NCBI RefSeq assembly: GCF_009914755.1
Contig: NC_060937.1
DNA: 64,000 nucleotides
Direction: 5' to 3' (one strand)
Origin: the human T2T-CHM13v2.0 reference genome, Homo sapiens
Shown: piece after piece, positions 12,251 through 26,889 of the stretch
Layout: each line of letters begins with the position of its first letter
Numbering within the stretch: position 1 is the first letter of the stretch
Notes under the pieces: generated by a model
The model's database searches: none
Seen by the model: only the letters and a program-made list of their open reading frames with translations
Told to the model about the DNA's origin: nothing
Made by a program: the position numbers and the translations under genes

Positions 12251-13386
12251 AAAAATTTGCAATTACAAAGAGATAAGCATTTCAAAAGAAACTAATAGAA
12301 CTTATAAATAAACTGTGTATTGCTTTCAAAATTGTAACTTCAGAAGGAATGTACTGAATTTTATATTTCTTTTAATAATATCAGTCTTGTGAACATTTTT
12401 GGATTGCATTCAGGGTCATTTTTTCAGTTCAATATTTGCTCTGTGCACCTGAATACATATCTAACCAAACTATTAGGCATGTGACTCATCGATAGAGAAT
12501 TTCATTCTTTGGTTACTATATGGCTCATAGAAACACATTTCCGCTCTCTTTTATCTGACAAGGACTTCCATTTTATTGTCAGTATGAGGACAAATTCGAA
12601 ATACACATGAAGTTTCCCAAAACATCTTAAAAATAGTACAGAAATTTGTATCTATGAGATTATTTTCAAATTATATTCAACATTCAGTTAAAATTTTCCT
12701 TAACATTCTTTCCTGTGGCCAGATCTTAAAACTAAAGTATCCTGAGGTGTGGGGAGTATCTGTGCATGGAGGAGTCCGCTCTGTGAGAGTGCTGGGAGAC
12801 ACTCCCTGGAGCAGACACTAATGCAATGGAGGCTTTTTGTTTGTTTGTTTTACTTGGAGAAGAGTAGCCTGAGAAAGACAACAGTGTTCCAGTCTGGAAA
12901 GCCATATATTAATTAGTGATATTTCCCATTAAATTAAGGAGAGGACAAGAGGGTTAAATTCAAGCAGGATGGTTTAGGTTGCAAATTTTGAAGATGATAG
13001 CACATCTTCACTGTAAAGGCTAGGAGAGGTTAGAATATGTTACCGAGGGAATTTGAGTGTGACAAAGTTACTTTTCTTTCATATGACAATCTATTGGCAT
13101 TTATTTCTAATTACCATTGTCTCTTTGCTACTGAAGTTATTTTTGAATGAAAAGCATTCATTCATGCCATATCTCTTCCACATAGAATTTTTAGATATAA
13201 AAATTAATTAAAAATTTATAGCATTTAACCAGGGGTGAATGAAACTCAATTCTGCAATATTTATTCATATAAAGACCAAGATCCTAATTATCTAGGGAAG
13301 TCAGAGAAGGCCTAAAGAGACCCACGTGGGTATTATAGATTTGTTTTAGGAACTTAGGTGTCTGCCTTTTCTCTCCATGTTTTAAG

Positions 13387-13573
13387 TAGAGTTGTCAGAT
13401 TTAGTAAATACAAATACAGGATGCCCAGTTAAATATGAATTTCAGATAAGCAATGAATAATATTTTAGTATAAATCTGTCCCCAAGACTATATTCTTATA
13501 ATAAAAAAGTTGTTTATTGTTTACCTAAAATTCAAATTTAACTGGGCATCCTGTATTTTACCTGGCAACATTA
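13387..13573. mobile_element. MER53 palindromic MITE (hAT)
   Basis: Long inverted arms AAATACAGGATGCCCAGTTAAAT...ATTTAACTGGGCATCCTGTATTT with GTTGTCAGAT/CCTGGCAAC ends. Confidence 0.9.
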
Positions 13574-13589
13574 GTTATAAGGGGAGCCT

Positions 13590-13756
13590 ATAAGTGGATT
13601 AATCCTGAAGCTAATGAAGCTTAAGTTTTCAGGGGTCTTCGCTGGCAGGATTTTGTTTAAATCTAATGTTGTCTTGGCAATTTTCCAGCCTTTTCTTTAG
13701 AGCCTCCTTCCCAATTATATAAACCTGAGGCTCCACGAAATTTAGATATGACCCTG
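13590..13756. mobile_element. Old hAT-Tip100-like DNA transposon fragment (subfamily uncertain)
   Basis: GAAGCTAATGAAGCTTAAG.TTTCAGGG and AATTATATAAACCTGAGGCTCCAC..GACCCTG resemble ends of mammalian hAT MITEs. Confidence 0.4.
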
Positions 13757-14635
13757 CAGGAGAAGTAATATGAAGAGACAGTCGACAAGGTGACAGAAGA
13801 AGTAAATTTAGCAGGCTTGAGGAGATTGTTGATGCCCTTGTCACATTCGGAAATTATTTTCCAGGAGATAATTAAATAATCACTGGGCCTTGAGGCATCT
13901 TTGTAGTTGAAACTTGACTGTCACTGTATAGGGAAGAGACAGGAATAAGTTTTCCACTTTGTTGCTACAGCCTAAGAGTGAAAAATTCAATGCTCTGAGA
14001 AAGGCAGTAAAATTTCTTTTTGCATGGATACAATCAGCAAATGAAGACTCAATAATTTTGTTTCTACTTACCAAATTCAACTCTTCAGATCTCATAGACT
14101 TTAAATGCCGAAAGGAAGTTATAAAATAAAAAATGAGAATGGCAAAGAAGTGTCCTCCAGAAAAGCAGATCTGGCTTTATTCTAAGGCTCATTCACAAAA
14201 AGGCAAAGCTAAATATTTTGTCTTCCTCCTTGATGCAGTGTCCTGCTTTGTGTAATAAACCACAGAAATGACTCAGCTCCCCTGCATTTAATAAAGACTA
14301 TAAGGGTGATAATCCTCTTTTTAATCACTCAAGACACTGCCTGATTCTTAGAGCCTACAGTTTTGGGAGTGTTATTGATGGGAGTGCTATTGAAGTGCTA
14401 TTGATTAGGTTTTCAGGTTAAATCTTTTGTGGCTTCAAGAAGCACAGAAACGGTGTAAAGAAGTTCCACTTAAGTGCCTGATATGGATTAAGGGAACTTT
14501 TCTTCATTCAAGAAATTAATTCAGCAAACATTTGCTGTGTGTTTCCTAAGTGCCAGACACTGTGCTAGGAATGGGATTGCTTTGGGTTTTCAGTACTTAA
14601 CTGGGAATTAATTGATGGAGGGAGAAAACGCTTTT

Positions 14636-16695
<2,060 letters not shown>

Positions 16696-16789
16696 GGAGC
16701 AAATGCTTTTAAAGCACAGAGCTGTTTAGACTCCATAAATGAGCAATACATATTTGGCATAATAGAGCCTGCTATATGCTATACATAAT

Positions 16790-17151
16790 ATGATACTGGA
16801 TAATTGTTCTCAATTTTTTACACCTTTGTGCCATTGACAAGCCTTCCACTAGTGTATATGAAATATACGCCCCTGCCCAATGGATGTTAGGCTTGATCAC
16901 GTGACTTCTCTTGGCCCCTGGAATGTCAGTGTGCATGATGTAGAAGAGGTTCAAAATGTGTTTGTGTGGTTTGGCTTATCTTCTAATACTACTGTGACCC
17001 ACCATGGAAAGAACATGCACCTGATAGTCACCGGTCATAGGAAAATGACAAACACAGTAAAAGGAGAAAACTCAGTGGTTGTGGTTGGAAGCCATTAATA
17101 TTTGGGGTTTTTTTCTTGCAGCATTATGATGGCAATAGCAGATTAACATAG
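16790..17151 (+). mobile_element. ERVL-MaLR LTR, MLT1H/I-like
   Basis: GGCTTGATCACGTGACTTCTCTTGGCC, CCACCATGGAAAGAACATGC, and 3' end GCAGCATTATGATGGCAATAGCAGATTAA. Confidence 0.65.
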
Positions 17152-17699
17152 ACAGTAAGACAATCATACAAATAAATGTAAGTTAAGATAAATTGAGATA
17201 TGTTTATAGATGCAAAATGCAATATGATTTTCAGTGGTGGGAAAGCAAACATTTGATATGGGGAAATATTTGGGAAAAGCCAAGTTTGAGGTAAGCATTG
17301 AACAATTTCAACAGGCAGAAAATGTCATGGGAATTAATGAGTACTTCAAGTAATCCGAAGCTTTGTAGGTGGTGCAGAATTGGTTCATCTTTCAAAAGCC
17401 TTTCTATGTTGGGAAACTGAATATGGTATTGACTTCCAAAGAGGGCATTAAAGTGTACCTGAGTGTGTTGACTCAGTCCAGTGCCCTCTGGACTTTCTGA
17501 AACCATCCCAGAGTCTTTCTAAAATCTTCTTCCCATCCATGGATGGGGACTGGTGGTAGATACCCTATGGCCTGATGCTACTTGCGGATACTCTCCAGCA
17601 TTCTGTAGTTAACCAATATAGCAGCCAAAGGCTTTCATCTGCTTCACCTGGGGAGTCTTAGATTTTAGATTCTTTTAGATCCCTTTTAGATTTAACAAT

Positions 17700-17900
17700 T
17701 ATTTATTCCAAGCTTCTTATATGCAGTTTATTTTCCGTATATTTTCTCTCTTAATCTGCACAGAAACCTTTTGACATAGTGTTACCATCGCTATTTTACT
17801 TACAATAGATCTGAGGACCAGAGAGGTTAAAGGAAATGCTCAGGTCACACAACTACCTACTAAATGCCGAGGCCAGGACCCTGACTTGAACACTGGGCAC
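17700..17900 (-). mobile_element. MIR fragment
   Basis: CTGAGGACCAGAGAGGTTAAAGGAAATGCTCAGGTCACACA is a MIR core. Confidence 0.65.
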
Positions 17901-20900
17901 CTGATCTACAATAGGAACCTGGTCTTATTAAAAATCTCTATGGGACTTTTCTAGAAGCAACTCCAAAGTATACAGGATGTTGTTGAGCATCTTTTTATAT
18001 AAGTAATATTATGAAATCTAGGTTTATTTGGTAAACCTAACTTTTCTAGAGGAGGCTCCAGAAAGTTGCCGAGTAAGACTATCCAGAGCTAATCTGTGTT
18101 CACTGGCTTTACTTCAAGTTATTCTAGCCCACACACAGCTCTCAATTCACCTATGAAGTTATTGAAACTTGGCTTTAGATTTGAAACTTGGCTTTGAGAT
18201 TCTCAAAGCATTTTTACAATTAGAGAGTAGAGAAAATTATTCAACGATTGATCTGATGAATCATTTTCTTCCTGGGGTTTTCAGTCTTCTCTTCTAGGAG
18301 TTTTATTCATTATATTCAAAAAGCTTTCACTCTTCTTTGCATCACAAATAATATCTTTCCCTATGCAGACTGTTATAAGCTTATCTGTTAAAGCATACCT
18401 GGTAGAAACCTAAAATTGGAATTCAGTGCCTGGAAGCAGGGGGTCCTTTATAGATAGCTGAGGACTTTGAAATTAGTTTTTCCTTGTGATTCAACAGGTC
18501 TTAAATGTTGTTACCTTGATTTAATATTTATTGAGCTTCCACAAGGTGCTAAGCCTTCAAGATACTGAACAAATCCCATTTTTTCGATTAAGTTTTTACC
18601 TGATTTAATTTGTCTTATTTATATTTATTAAAGTCCCAGCAATGTTGTTACAGATGTACTCACAGATCTGTTTCACATGCAGCATGGTCAAATAATGAGG
18701 GAAAAAGGAAAACAAACACAGACTCATGCACACAAATTATGAATGTTTTGTAGAAACAATAACTCATTCATTGATTTCATGAAACCTATGGCTTACCTTT
18801 TTCCTTGCACTGGTGAAATTATAGAGACTGACAATGCTTTGGTTTCCAATTTTTTTTTAGAAGGTTAATAATGATATTTGAGACTATACCATCTTATTAT
18901 TATGCTAATCAGCAAAGCCACTCCAAGTCTATTTTGAAAATGAACCTTCTTCATTATAAAAAATTAATAATAGTCTCAATTTTCCCACTCAGAATTTATC
19001 ATCTTAATGTTGAATCATAACAACTTTTAATTTGAGGACAAATTACAGAGTGATTTATAAACAGCAGTTATTGTCTTCTTAAAGGTCTTTCTCTTTATAG
19101 ATAAGTTATAGCTAACTACCATCAGTGGCTCTTCTGTGGAAATGTCTTGGGGGTCCCAGGCCTGCATTTAATGTCAGAGGAACAACAGGCAATGTTCAAA
19201 GTCAATAGAACTGAACATCTCCTGTTCAACAATGTGGAACTGAAGATCATTAACAGATTGAAAAATTACAAAACAAAGTTTCTAAAGATGTTTGGAACAC
19301 CGAGCATTCTGCATAATAATCCACAATAGGACTAGCAGTCAGTGTTCCATAGAATACCTGCTTTAAAATTAACTGGTGGCACTTTAATTTTAGAACCTGA
19401 TTCTTTATTCAGTGTGGTTTGGGACAGGCCAGATGTTAGTTCAATGTCTAGTTCTTTCTCATTAAAGCTGTAGATGCCATAAAAAGAGAATTCCTTAGCC
19501 TGAAAAAAAAAAAAGAACTTACTGAAATGGTGCTATGTACCTTAGAAAATACAAAGAAAGTAGAAGCATTAATAGGAAAAGGATAAAAGTTAAAGTTCTA
19601 TTATTTTTCTCCAGTGTTAGAATTCTTCTCAGTATCCCAGTACATCATCTTGAAAACCCCTTACATAAATACATCCTATTTTAGAGGCCACTGCTTTAAA
19701 TCTACCAGCTTGGTTTAGTAGTTTAGATAATCTGGAGAGATACCAAAACTTGTATTTGGTATCACTGTATAGCTAAGCTCAGGTGTAATCATTCCTTTTG
19801 TTCCTAGAAAATGACTGTTACAGAAACTTAAATGTGACTACCTACATGTAAAAAGAAAATAAGTAACTGTCTCTTCCTGGGGTACAATTATTGTTAATTT
19901 TACCAAAATTGTTGGCTTTGACTTTATTCCCATGATCAGGATTACTGTGATCCATTGATAATAGATGTTTCCAAAATTGAGCAAAAGACTTGAAACCATC
20001 TTGGACCATTAAAAAGTGCTGAAGGCAAACTAGATTTCACTTTATCTTTACTTTCTTTACCTTCTAGTTGCACCATGTTTTACATGAATAGTCAGCCACA
20101 GAGACGGAGAGCCAAGGGTGCAGTGGGCCTGAAAGTGGGAATTTATGGACACATGATTTCTTTCCAGTCTGACTGGGTTGTCAGTTTCACTGGAGAAGGT
20201 ATCTGGGAAAGGCCCAGCTACTACGTAACTACCAAAGGGGATCGTGCATTGGGGAATGGGAATGAAGTTTTCCTTGAGCGCTGCAGTCTTGCATCATGGC
20301 TCTCCAGATATGATTTTGATGAAATATTTTCCTCTTTAAGAACACTACATTAAGAGGAATATTTCCTTATTAATATGCCTTTAGTTACAAGTAATGTTAA
20401 TAGGTGTTAAGTGAGCAAGTATTTCTATGGCCACATGCATTTGGAAAAGAACTTGTTATTCAAAGTTAGTCCTTCATAGGCTACTCTACACATTGCTCTC
20501 TGATAGAGGAATGTGCGTGCATTTATCTTACAAAGTCAACTCTTACTGGGTTTCAGAGTTGCTATCTGCTTAGATCTTACCAGAATAATGTTCCATGAAA
20601 CATACTTTGAGAAATGCTGGTCCATAAGGATCACGTTTCCAGGACAAGCCTCCTGAGGACGAGGGTCTAACAGAACCATTCCCAGTTTTGGTATTTCGGT
20701 TTTATGCAGCAGTTAGAAGGTATATTAAAACAAAACAATCCAACAACTGAGTTGAGATCAGGCACTTAACACCCACAGATATTATTTATTCATCAAGCAT
20801 TTACTTAGTGCTCACTTGGTTTGTTTATCTCTATCTCACAGGATTCAAAGATGAGTGAAGCATAGCATCTTTCCTGCATAAACATTTAAAAAAGGAGAAA

Positions 20901-21304
20901 GTGAGAGAGAGGAGTCTTCCATCCACTTCTAAATAGAACAAAATGATATCTCAGTGCCCTTAACTTTGAAACTGAAACAGAGCTTCTAGATCATCTCAAG
21001 ATTTTGCAGCTTTGGAGAAAGCAAGCTGTAGGACTCATGGCATAGTGAGCAGCATTTTTGCCATGAGCGTCTGCATTAGGAAAATCTGGAGACTGCCGTC
21101 TCAAAGGGCTCCTTGGGCCATGGATCACTGCTCAGGGGATGGGAGGAGGCAAGTCTAGGAGGGCCTGCCTGTGAGCTCAGGTGAGATGCCCTTGAGGCCA
21201 CTAGGGAGAAGGTGGGCCAGAGTCATTGATGGGATTTGAATAGTGAAGGGGTTAATAAGCCAATGAAATGTGGATTGCTCAACTTAATATAAGCACATAA
21301 GTAC

Positions 21305-22824
21305 TGTGTGAGGAAAAACAAACTGTGGAGAAAATAGATTTTCCTCTGCTCTCATCCCACAACAATGAACACAGAAGACTTCTGTGACCAAATGTGGGTC
21401 CTCCGCTGCACCCCACACACCAAGCAAGTGATCAATTCTGCAGTGGACACCAGCATTCGGTATCCTCCACTTCAATCCTGACACCATCTACCTGGAGATA
21501 GCATCAGATACCGCAGGTTGGGGGCTCAGTCCCACAAGACTGCCCTCGACTTTGGATGCCAATCACAAGCCCCAGGTTTTTATATCTGTGCTTCTGACTG
21601 GCTGTAAATAGAAGTTCCCAAAATTCCCTTCTCCTGTTCGATTAGTTTGCTAGAGTGGCTCACAGAACTTGTTACAGGTAGTTAGACAGGCATGAGTGGG
21701 GCAGGAGAGGGTCCTCCCTCACCTACTAGGAATGTTGGGTGATGGTTTGGCAATTATCACATTGCCTCTCTAAAAGTGATAAGTTGCCAGCCGGTGCCAG
21801 GGAAAGGCCACTTCCTGATGATCTACACCTGTTGCACTAAAGTGTTAATTGAATGCAGATGCCAGTGGGGAGCAAATTTCTGGGCATGCACATTAAGAGA
21901 CAAAATGGCTGAGTATGATCTTCCAGGCACACTCCACCAGAAAAGGGAAGAAAAGCCTCAGATGGGCATGTGTACAACTTCCTAAACACACTGCATGTGG
22001 TCATTTTCCAAGCATAAGGAGGGTACTGTGCATGCAGGCAGCCCACCCTAAGGTAGAATCATGGGAAAGGGGCCAGCCTATAAAGTCCTAGGATCCAGGT
22101 TAAAGACCACACTTGTTCTTCAAGTCACATGCTTGGGTCTCTTCCAAGCACACTTTCTTTTCTGTTCTAAAGCTTTTTAAAATAAGCTTCCACTGCTGCT
22201 CTGAAACTTGCCTAGGTCTCTTTTTCTGCCTTTGTCCCTCAGTTGAATTCTTTTTTCTGAGGAGGCAAGAATTGAGGTTGTCATAGACCTGCATGGAGTC
22301 ACTCCTGGCAACTCGGATACCTTCCACGGGTAACAAACTCAGGGAAACACTTAGGTTTACAGGTTTATTGTAAACAACATAACAAAGGATGTAGATAAAG
22401 ACATGGGGAGGGCAAGGTATAGGGGAAGGTGCATGGAGCTTCCATGCCCTCTCTGGGCATGCCACCTTTCAGGAACCTCCATGTGTTCAGCTGTCCAGAA
22501 GCTCTGTGAACCCTGTCCCTTTGGGTTGTTATGGAGGTTTCATTACACAAGAATGATTAATCACACCATCGGCCATTGGTGATCAACTCAACCTTTAGCC
22601 CTTCTTCATTCCCTGGAGGTTGAGGGGAGGAAAAGTCCCAACCCTCTAACCCTGTCTTAGTCTTTCCAGTGACCAGGCCCCGTACTGAAGCTACTTAGGA
22701 GCTTCCAGCCATCAGTCAATTCATTAGCATACAAAAAGATATCACTTTGGATATTCTAAGGATTTTAGGAGTTGTATGTGAGAAAATGGGGAAGAAGACC
22801 AAATAATTATTTTACAATATCACA
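21305..22824 (-). mobile_element. MER21 (B/C-like) solo LTR, split by a nested ERV1 LTR
   Basis: TG...CA termini with perfect 5-bp TSD AGTAC (21300-21304 / 22825-22829). MER21 blocks ACAGAAGACTTCTGTGACCAAATG and GGGCTCAGTCCCACAAGACTGCCC. Confidence 0.85.
21670..22335 (+). mobile_element. ERV1 solo LTR, MER50-family (MER50B-like)
   Basis: TGTTACAGGTAGTTAGACAGGCATGAG...GGTAACA with perfect 4-bp TSD AACT. TATA-like CCTATAAAG near 22078. Confidence 0.85.
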
Positions 22825-23782
22825 AGTACTCACAGTCTGGTGAGATATGGAAAACCCAGATCTCTTAGACCAAAAATCTCAAGAAAAGATTATAAGGTGT
22901 CCTTATATTTAAAAAAAATTTTAAAAATTGAAGGGAGTAGAATGTAAGAAAAAATTTCTGAATTTCACAGAGAGGCTTAGCCTTGACACATGCTGGCCGT
23001 GTTACTGAGCATGCTACATTAAGGCCTCTATGTATAAATGCTTTTTTTCATTTATTACAAAGGCCTAAGGCCTATCCTCGTATCTATTGTGGAGATTAAA
23101 TGAGATACTTCACATAAAATTAGCAAACACATAGTAGATATTCAGTAACCATTGGTTTCCTTCTTCAGACATTAAATAGTCTGAAGCTATGATTAAAGTG
23201 ATCATAGCTGACTGATTTCTTGATATGAGAGAAATGGTAGGCTTTCTTTCAAAGATGGGAGAAACTTTAGAAGGATCAGCTGGTACGTAGTAAGGAGCTA
23301 CACTAAGATTGGAGGAAATGGTCAAAGCACACTTATTTCTTTCTTAGGAATTTGTAATCAGAACTGAGAGAGATCATTCTCTGACATAGTAGCAGAAAAT
23401 ATAATATCTAAACTTAGAACTATTGGGATCACTTTCTCTACCTGGGTGACTGGAGAAGCAGAGGAGGCCACTCTAAAGAAAGAGAGAGAAGAATTAGCCA
23501 CGCCCCCCACCAAAAAAGAAGAGTCCGGATATGAAAGCCAGCCTAAGTCCCTGCTTCTATTTGTTTCTAGGGATCAGATGTGTTCTCCCCTTAGCTTGTG
23601 TAATCAAATCCCATACCATTACACCGAATTTCTACTTTTAAGCGTAAGCTATTTTGAATGGACCTCTAGTACTTCTTACCCGAAGACCACAGAGCAGGAA
23701 ATTAAGCAGCTTCCACAATTTATGGCACTTTGAAGATTGTAGCAGGTAATTCACACTCTGGGCCCTGACCTTGTGAAGAGGG

Positions 23783-24299
23783 TGATATGGTTTGGATGTG
23801 TTTCTCTTCCAAATCTCATGTTGAAATGTGATCCCCAATGTTGGAAATGGGGCCTGGTGAGAGATGCTTGCGTCATGGGGGCAGATCCCTCATGGCTCAG
23901 TCCTGTCTTCGAAGTAATGAGTGGGTTCTTGCTCTGAGTTCATGTGAGATCTGGTTGTTCAAAACACTGTGGCACCTTCCCCGCCCTTGCTCCCTCTGTC
24001 TTGCTCCCACTCTCACTGAGTGACATGCCTGCTCCCCCTTCACATTCTGCCATGATTGGAAGCTTCCTGAGGCCCTCACCAGGAGCAGATGCCAGGGCCA
24101 TGCTTCCTATAGAACCACGAGCCAAATAAACCACTTTTCTTTATAACTTATGTTATAAGGTATTTCATTATAGCAATGCAATAATAGAACCTATAGCCTA
24201 TAGAACACAGCCTATAGAACCACGAGCCAAATAAACCACTTTTCTTTATAACTTATGTTATAAGGTATTTCATTATAGCAATGCAAAAACAGGCTACCA
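23783..24299 (+). mobile_element. MSTB-like solo LTR (ERVL-MaLR) containing a 76-bp duplication
   Basis: Starts TGATATGGTTTGGATGTG, contains GAGGCCCTCACCAGGAGCAGATGCC. Perfect 5-bp TSD GAGGG. Confidence 0.9.
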
Positions 24300-25671
24300 G
24301 AGGGGAGAATTTTAACAAGGGCAGAATTTTAACAAGATGCATAATGGACTTCCCAGAGCAGTCAATAATTTTAGTTCTTAAGTTCTGTGAGTAAAGAATT
24401 GGTTATACCTTCATGTATGAATGATTCGTTAGATTCCTGCTTCCAATGGAGAAGATTCAGTTTAATCAAAGATTTTCTGGACTCAAAATCATCGGAGCAT
24501 AATTGTAATTGTCATAACAGCTCTATTATTCCTTCTGTTGAAAAATCTTAAGGCATTCTTCCTTACCAAAACACAGTGACATTGGAGGTGGCCTTCCTTA
24601 ATAAAATACCCTGCTTGCTTCCTTTTCCATCTGGCAGTAGTTGCTTTGGGGACAGGTCTCAGCAGGCCCAGTGAGAAGGCACAGCAGCTTTTGCTTAGTC
24701 CTAATTTACTTGATTAGATCTAAAATGTAGAATAAAACTTTGTACAATCAATATTTTCAGTTGACCCTTAACCTGTATTCACTTCTAGGTTTTCTTGAAA
24801 CTTCCATTTCAAAGGAAGGGAAATGCAAACCTTTAATGGTCACAGTGGTCAGGCCTCTCCTCTTCCCACCGCCCCACACTGCAAGTGGCCATTTCACCCT
24901 GGGCATTTTGGGCAAAGGCAGTTTAGAGAGGCCCTCTAAGCCCCACCTGCTGCTCTGTGCATTAGGGTCAAACCCGGTGTCATGGCACTTTCACTGCCTA
25001 GCCAACTCAGGGCGGAAGTCACCTGGTATCTGGTCTAGATGCTCCTCATGCCCCCAAATTGCCCTGTCCAAGCACTAGCTTTAACCTTTTAGAGAAATAA
25101 AATCAGTCATTGAATAGTGTCATCAGAGAATGAGAGAAGAAGTGAAATCAGAGCAAAACCAAAAGGATTTTAGAAAGGGGAAAAAAAAATAATTTCCCTG
25201 TCTAAGCCATTTTCAACTGATTCCACAAACACAGCTTAAATGTTCTTACTTATCTGATTTAAAAGAATTGAAGGAGAAGGCAAGGGGTACTTCTTGATAT
25301 TTCCTGATGAGGACTGAGCCCACCTCTTAGTTCGGGGTCTTCTCTTAAATTGCCTGTGGCAGTTTTTTTTCAGAAATATGGTTACTACAAGATGATTGTG
25401 TCAGAGGTCATATGTTTTGGTTTTGTGATTTCTTCTCTAAGCCTTCAAATCATTCTGGAATTAACAGAATGGACTAAGCAAAAGCTGCTGTGCCTTCTCA
25501 CTGGGCCTGTTGAGTCCTGTCCCTAAAACAACTACTGCCAGATGGAAAAGGAAGTAAGCAAGGTATTTTATTAAGGAAGGCCACCTGCAATGTCACTGTG
25601 TTTTGTTTCTCTGAGCTACTTTAGGGAATACTCTTAATGTTTTCTATATTTTGTTTTGGGGATACATGTTT

Positions 25672-26796
25672 AAAAATTCATTTATTAAGTTCATATCTTG
25701 TGAGAGGCACTTTTCTAGATTCTGGGGATAAAGCAGTGAACAAAGATGGGCGATATCTTTGTTCTCAAATGCTTAAATTCTAGAAGAGGCAAACAAGCAT
25801 ATAATAAAAAAGATGTTAAATGTTTTTTCACAGAATTATGATGAATCAATGTGATAAAGTGACCTCATGGCTGAATTAGGTTATCACCCTTCTCGGAATA
25901 GGTGACATAAATCAAGATCTGAAAGAAGAGATGGAACCAGCCACACAAAGACCTTGAATCAAGTCATTCCAGGCAGAGGGAGCAGCTAGTGCAAGGCACT
26001 AAAACAGGAATAAACTGGCTGTGTCCAAGAAACAGCAAGAAGGTGGAGCACAGTGGGTGAGAGAGAAGCATGAACAAGATGAGACAGACTGGTAGGCAGG
26101 CAGCAGGGTTGTATAGGGCTTACCAACCAGATTAAGAAATTGGGATTTTATTCAGGTGCAATGGGAATGCCTTAGAGTGTTTTAAATAGAATAATGATAT
26201 TAATTTGAATTATTTTATTTTAAAAATAACTCTGCTTCTTTGGTGGGTGGATTATAGGAAAGCAAGCAAGGAAACACAGAACCAGTTGGGAGGTCTTTTA
26301 ATGGTTCACCCTATAGGTAATAACAGCCTGAACAATGATGTTTATGGGAAACGTGGAGTATATATATAGGCTGTGGATATGCGTTTGAGGCTGAATTGAT
26401 GACATTTGTCAATTTATTACATGGCATGTGTGTGTTTGTGTGTGTGTGTATGTCCGTGCATATGTGAGAATACATACACTTTGGGAAGGATAGAGTTAAG
26501 AGATGAACAAAGATAATTTCTGGACATTTTGCTTGAACACTTGGGAGACTTTTGGCATTAATTACTGAAATGGAAAAGTTGAGGGGGAAATAAGCTTGGT
26601 GGATGCAGATGGTAAGAAATCAAGATTTTGCTTCTGAGACATGCCTATTACATATCTAATTTAGAATCAAATAAGTATGGAATTATAGGAGAGAAAAATG
26701 TGAGACTCATTAGGATCAAGATGGTGTTCCAAACCATGAGACTAAAAAAGAAGACAGAAATAATGGGTCTAGGAAAGAGTATTGGGAACCAACATT
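25672..26796 (-). mobile_element. L2 long 3' fragment (resumes at ~27350-27460 and ~27930-28070)
   Basis: ATTCATTTATTAAG..CTAGATTCTGGGGATAAAGCAGTGAACAAAG, CATTCCAGGCAGAGGGAGCAGCTAGTGCAAGGC, GGATTTTATTCAGGTGCAATGGGAA. Confidence 0.8.
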
Positions 26797-26889
26797 CATT
26801 CATTCACTCATTGATTTATTTATTTTCTTGAAACCAAAGGTTTCCAATCAGGTTGCCTGACTGGTCTTTATTTATATATAAATATATAG

